Source: Phoronis australis
Taxonomy: Eukaryota > Animalia > Phoronida
Assembly (NCBI GenBank): GCA_002633005.1
Contig: NMRA01000296.1
Coordinates: 350,399 to 414,398, forward strand
Direction: 5' to 3'
DNA: 64,000 bases
Shown: positions 60,091-64,000 of the stretch, piece after piece
Layout of the letters: each line of letters opens with the position of its first letter
Position numbering within the stretch: the stretch's first letter is position 1
Made by a program: the position numbers and the translations under genes
The notes under the pieces: generated by a model
What the model was told of the DNA's origin: nothing
Database searches by the model: none
The model's input: only the letters and a program-made list of their open reading frames with translations

Positions 60091-63000
60091 GTCTGATTTA
60101 TCAATGTTTTAAGTAATTGTTTCAAAGAAAAACCTTTAAACTGAACATTACCATAGTTAAATTATTGCAGTAGTGTATAAACCCATGTAATAACAAAGTA
60201 CAGTGAAGTGGAATAAAAGTGTCATTGCAAAAACAAAAACCATTCGTTATTCAATAACTTTAAATGAAAGTCTATATCGGCGTGTTTCAAAGAATATGTG
60301 GAATCAATTTACTCAAAAAAGAACGAGACATTCATACTAGTGATGCCAATGTCAACTACGTCCAAACACTATAACACGGAGGTAAAGATTTCAGCAGCAA
60401 TGTTCTGTCCACCATAAAGCCGACAGTCTGAATAAAGACAATAAATTGTCTTGGTAAAATGAGTCGCATTTTTATCGTTCCTGACAGTCGAGCCTTTGTT
60501 TTCTCTCAATCTCATGTCTTGCACACGTTCATTGTCAACACTCTCGTAATGTCAGTCAGAATTCAACGTCAAAAAGTCGGTATTGTACATCCAAAATTTT
60601 ATATGACCAGAAATTGAGATTTCTTGTGGAATTGCCCAACATATAAGTCCACGACCACGTCCACTTCCACCAGTTTGAATATCTAATAAGGTAGAGTAAA
60701 CAAACCAATTCACGTGCGTTTCCATTCACTTGGATGGGAGAGCAAGTAGAAACAATTTCAATAAAGCTATTGACTGGATTGTCGCACACTAGCAACAATG
60801 CCGTTTTCAAGATTATCACAAATCCATTCTTCCTGTTCATAAAAGCAATCTATTCTCAAGTTCGTAGTGAATTGTAAAAATGCCGATGTCCGATGTTGTC
60901 CGCAAATTGTCAGTACTTCTCTTTGATTGAAAGGTTCACCGTTCATTGCACGGGTATTTGCGCTTCGTTGACTGGCCGCGTTATCACCACAATCCGTATC
61001 TGTAGCTGGATTATTTGTCGTACCAGCATTTGAATCAATGTCTGTATCTAGAACATCTCTCGGTTTGTAAAATAATCCTCGAGTCCTTTAGGCCTTAGCG
61101 TGGCAGACGACATAACTAAGTATGTAGAATGCGTATGACGGAAACCGCAGATGATACTGGCTGTGCAAAATCCCGGAATTATTCCCCCGGAAACGCAAAT
61201 GTCGGGGAAAGACACAGTGAAGAGTTGTAATGACTTGCCAGTTTTTCACAGGGTGCAACCATAAATATTGGACCAGTCAAAGAAACTCGTCGAAAACGTT
61301 TTTATTCACATGTATGTTGAGCTGCCAGTAATACCGATCTATGTCACGGGATGCGCGGAATATTGAAAAATGCGTTAAGAAAGTACTTTTTGTGCATTAA
61401 ATTTTTTATTTCTGAAATGACTGATGGCTTATTTCTTTGAGCGAAGACCGACCAGCCATTAATATTGAGAAAGTGGTCACCATTTCAAGCTTTTTAAAAA
61501 TTTTGCCCCCTCTTTCTTAATTCTAACTGTCCTGTGAATCTGTTCAAAATAACATTATGGCCGTCCAACAGACAGCTGCTGTGTAAACCCTTGCTTGGGA
61601 GTCCGATTATTTTAAGCGTTGAAACGTACAGTTGTATCTTTTAGCGAATAAAATCTTTTAATGTGTATGACACGTGACTTCAGTGTGTAACGTGGAGTCG
61701 TTTTATATCCCTTCTAAATTTGCAAGTTTGAATTGAATGTTTCGTGGTCCAGAGGTTTAACATGAATTCTCTTCAGCTGAAAGCCAAGGTTCAATACCCG
61801 GTATCATCAGTAGCGTTTTTGTGTAACAAATTTGTATTCAATGAAACAAAAATTGCGAAATTGCTGAACCAAATAATCGAGGAGCTTAGAAAATTAATAA
61901 ACATAGAGACCCGAATAAGCCTCGTACAGATCGGAAACGAGTATGAAATAAATAATCGTATAGATGCGACTATTCGGAACTCGAGAGTATACTTTTCATA
62001 AAATGAAACAATGTCATCCCAAAATTGATCAACTTAATAACAATCCCTAGACTCTATTTTGGCCTCATTTTTCCATGCATCAGACTACTGAGTTCGAAGG
62101 GCACACACAGGCAGAGGATAGAGGCATTGTTAATAGTACCCTCAATTAATTATTGCAGTATGAAGATTAATTTTTCCCAGTATAAGCCATTCAGGTGGTA
62201 AGGAAACAAACTGGAAAAAACCACCCCTACATGGGGACAGCATATCTGTCTGGATGAAATGCCCAATGTGAGCCTACTGAGAAAGAGAGTATCTGTTCTG
62301 AAATTTAGTGAAGTTATAAGGGAGACTGGGTGTGTTCACAATGGAAGCAATTAACTTCAGGGTTTTAGAAAGTTGTAACCTAAACATGGTACATATTCAA
62401 CGGATGGGATTGTACGTACACGTCTGTAGATTTAATTTCTGTTTAAAACAATTGAGCTCAGAAGGAAGAGTCACCACTCTGAAAAAAACCTAGAAACACT
62501 ATTTAAAGGAACATCATAGGTTTTACAGCCGAAAAACACATTATTGGATTTATAAGACTTCTTGAAGTTATTAGCTTTCACCAGAGTTATGTAACGTCTC
62601 CTCTACTTCCATTTACCTAGTTACAGATTGGACAGAAGGGCATCATCAGGCATCATGGCAAAGCATACACATGAATTAGGTCATTATTCAGCAACACAAA
62701 TAGGTCACCATGGAACCACAGAGACGCAAATCAAGCACCAACAGGAAACCAAAGTCCAAGTCAATGTTCAACTATTTTTCAGAAATACCAAACATGAGTG
62801 TTAAGACACTCAAATCGGTTTCAGACAATCAGAGTACTCACTATTCCTTACAAAGCACACACTTCCAAAGAATACAAACCATGAAACTCACTGCTTGTGT
62901 GAAACCAACCTTGCGTTAGTTGTTACAAAATTCCGAACTGGGATTCATTGAAAAAAATCACGAAGACAATTGAAACCTTCAGCACCAAGTAATATGTCAC

Positions 63001-64000
63001 TCAAACTATATCGAATGGTGTTCAGTTTCAAGCCAGGTAGGATCATAACACTCACTCAATCTTAATCAATAGCAGCAGAATTAATCAATAACTTGTAATC
63101 AATTAGTTTACAAACAGTTGAGAGTAAGTGGCCAACTATTAACACCTAGAGGTGTTAAATCAATATAGTCAATACATCATGCATAATTATATGGATTGCT
63201 TAGTTTTATAATTAATGTTTCCAGTTTAATGAAATAGATTTACAAATTAGAAAACAACGAAATCTAGATTCCTTTAACCACAGCGCATATAGCTGAGGTT
63301 TTTAAAACTTTTTGCAGCAATAATAGCATCTTAAAAGGTTCCTGACCACAGTTTTTGTCCACTGAATAACGTACATCACTTTGGTTCTCAAAATCCTGTA
63401 CCCCTGTAAGTGACTAATGCCCCTTTTTGCAGGGCTAATTTTAATGACAGTTTCCACCACAGCTTCTGAGCTTGAAAGATGTGGGTAAATATGAGTCAAC
63501 CCTGCAGGACCACACCTGAACTTAACATGCCACCAGTGAGAAAAAAGACACTATGGTTTAAAGGTTAACTGACGCACATAGTGAGTAAAACAAACTATTG
63601 ATACTGTAGAATTTACCTTTAGATTCAGACTTCTAAGTTCTAACGTAGATTCTTGAAGGGTTATGAGCTGACCCCTGCCTCAAACAAAACTTAGCTATAC
63701 TGCAGGCTATGGTAAAAAAGGTCAGTGATATATCTGATGGACTAGTTCATTCAACTCTTGTTTAATTTTCATCCCTTCAATTAAACTCAGGGGAAACATA
63801 TGGTAAAATCGGTCCAATTTATTTTTAAATCTCATTAATTCAGCGCACAATATGGCTGACAAGTAAAATGTTATTTTTTCACTCAGCAGGCAAGTAAAAT
63901 TTTATTTTCTCAGTTTTTTTTCAAAAATGATAAATTGTACCAAAGTAATGCTTTACCATTCTCGATTTCTTTACTTTAGCTCACATTCAAACACTTTGAA

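Overview
Eukaryotic (metazoan) genomic DNA, AT-rich, with spliceosomal introns; it looks like a heterozygous marine invertebrate draft assembly, but the species cannot be determined from the sequence. Three intron-containing genes were reconstructed by hand with phase-consistent splice sites. (1) The 3' part of a + strand extracellular-type protein: TSP1, 8 EGF repeats and an unusual C-terminal EMI-like module (211-12154). (2) A - strand BTBD8-like gene that lacks the first BTB domain (CDS 26284-14371). (3) A - strand atypical TALE homeobox gene of about 1010 aa with a large Q/S/P-rich exon, a MEIS-A-like motif and a WFTNARRR recognition helix (51099-36342). Introns and intergenic DNA hold many non-autonomous elements: DINE-1/pearl/HINE-type Helentron derivatives, Harbinger-, hAT- and Kolobok-like MITEs, Penelope-like fragments, and LINE and THAP relics. 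The strongest signal is in four HINE-like elements, one nested in another and one inside a MITE. Each carries a same-orientation array of near-consensus CTCF motifs at roughly 145-bp spacing, which makes it a candidate mobile insulator cassette. Three tandem duplications joined by a single N are probably assembly artefacts. Most listed ORFs are spurious.
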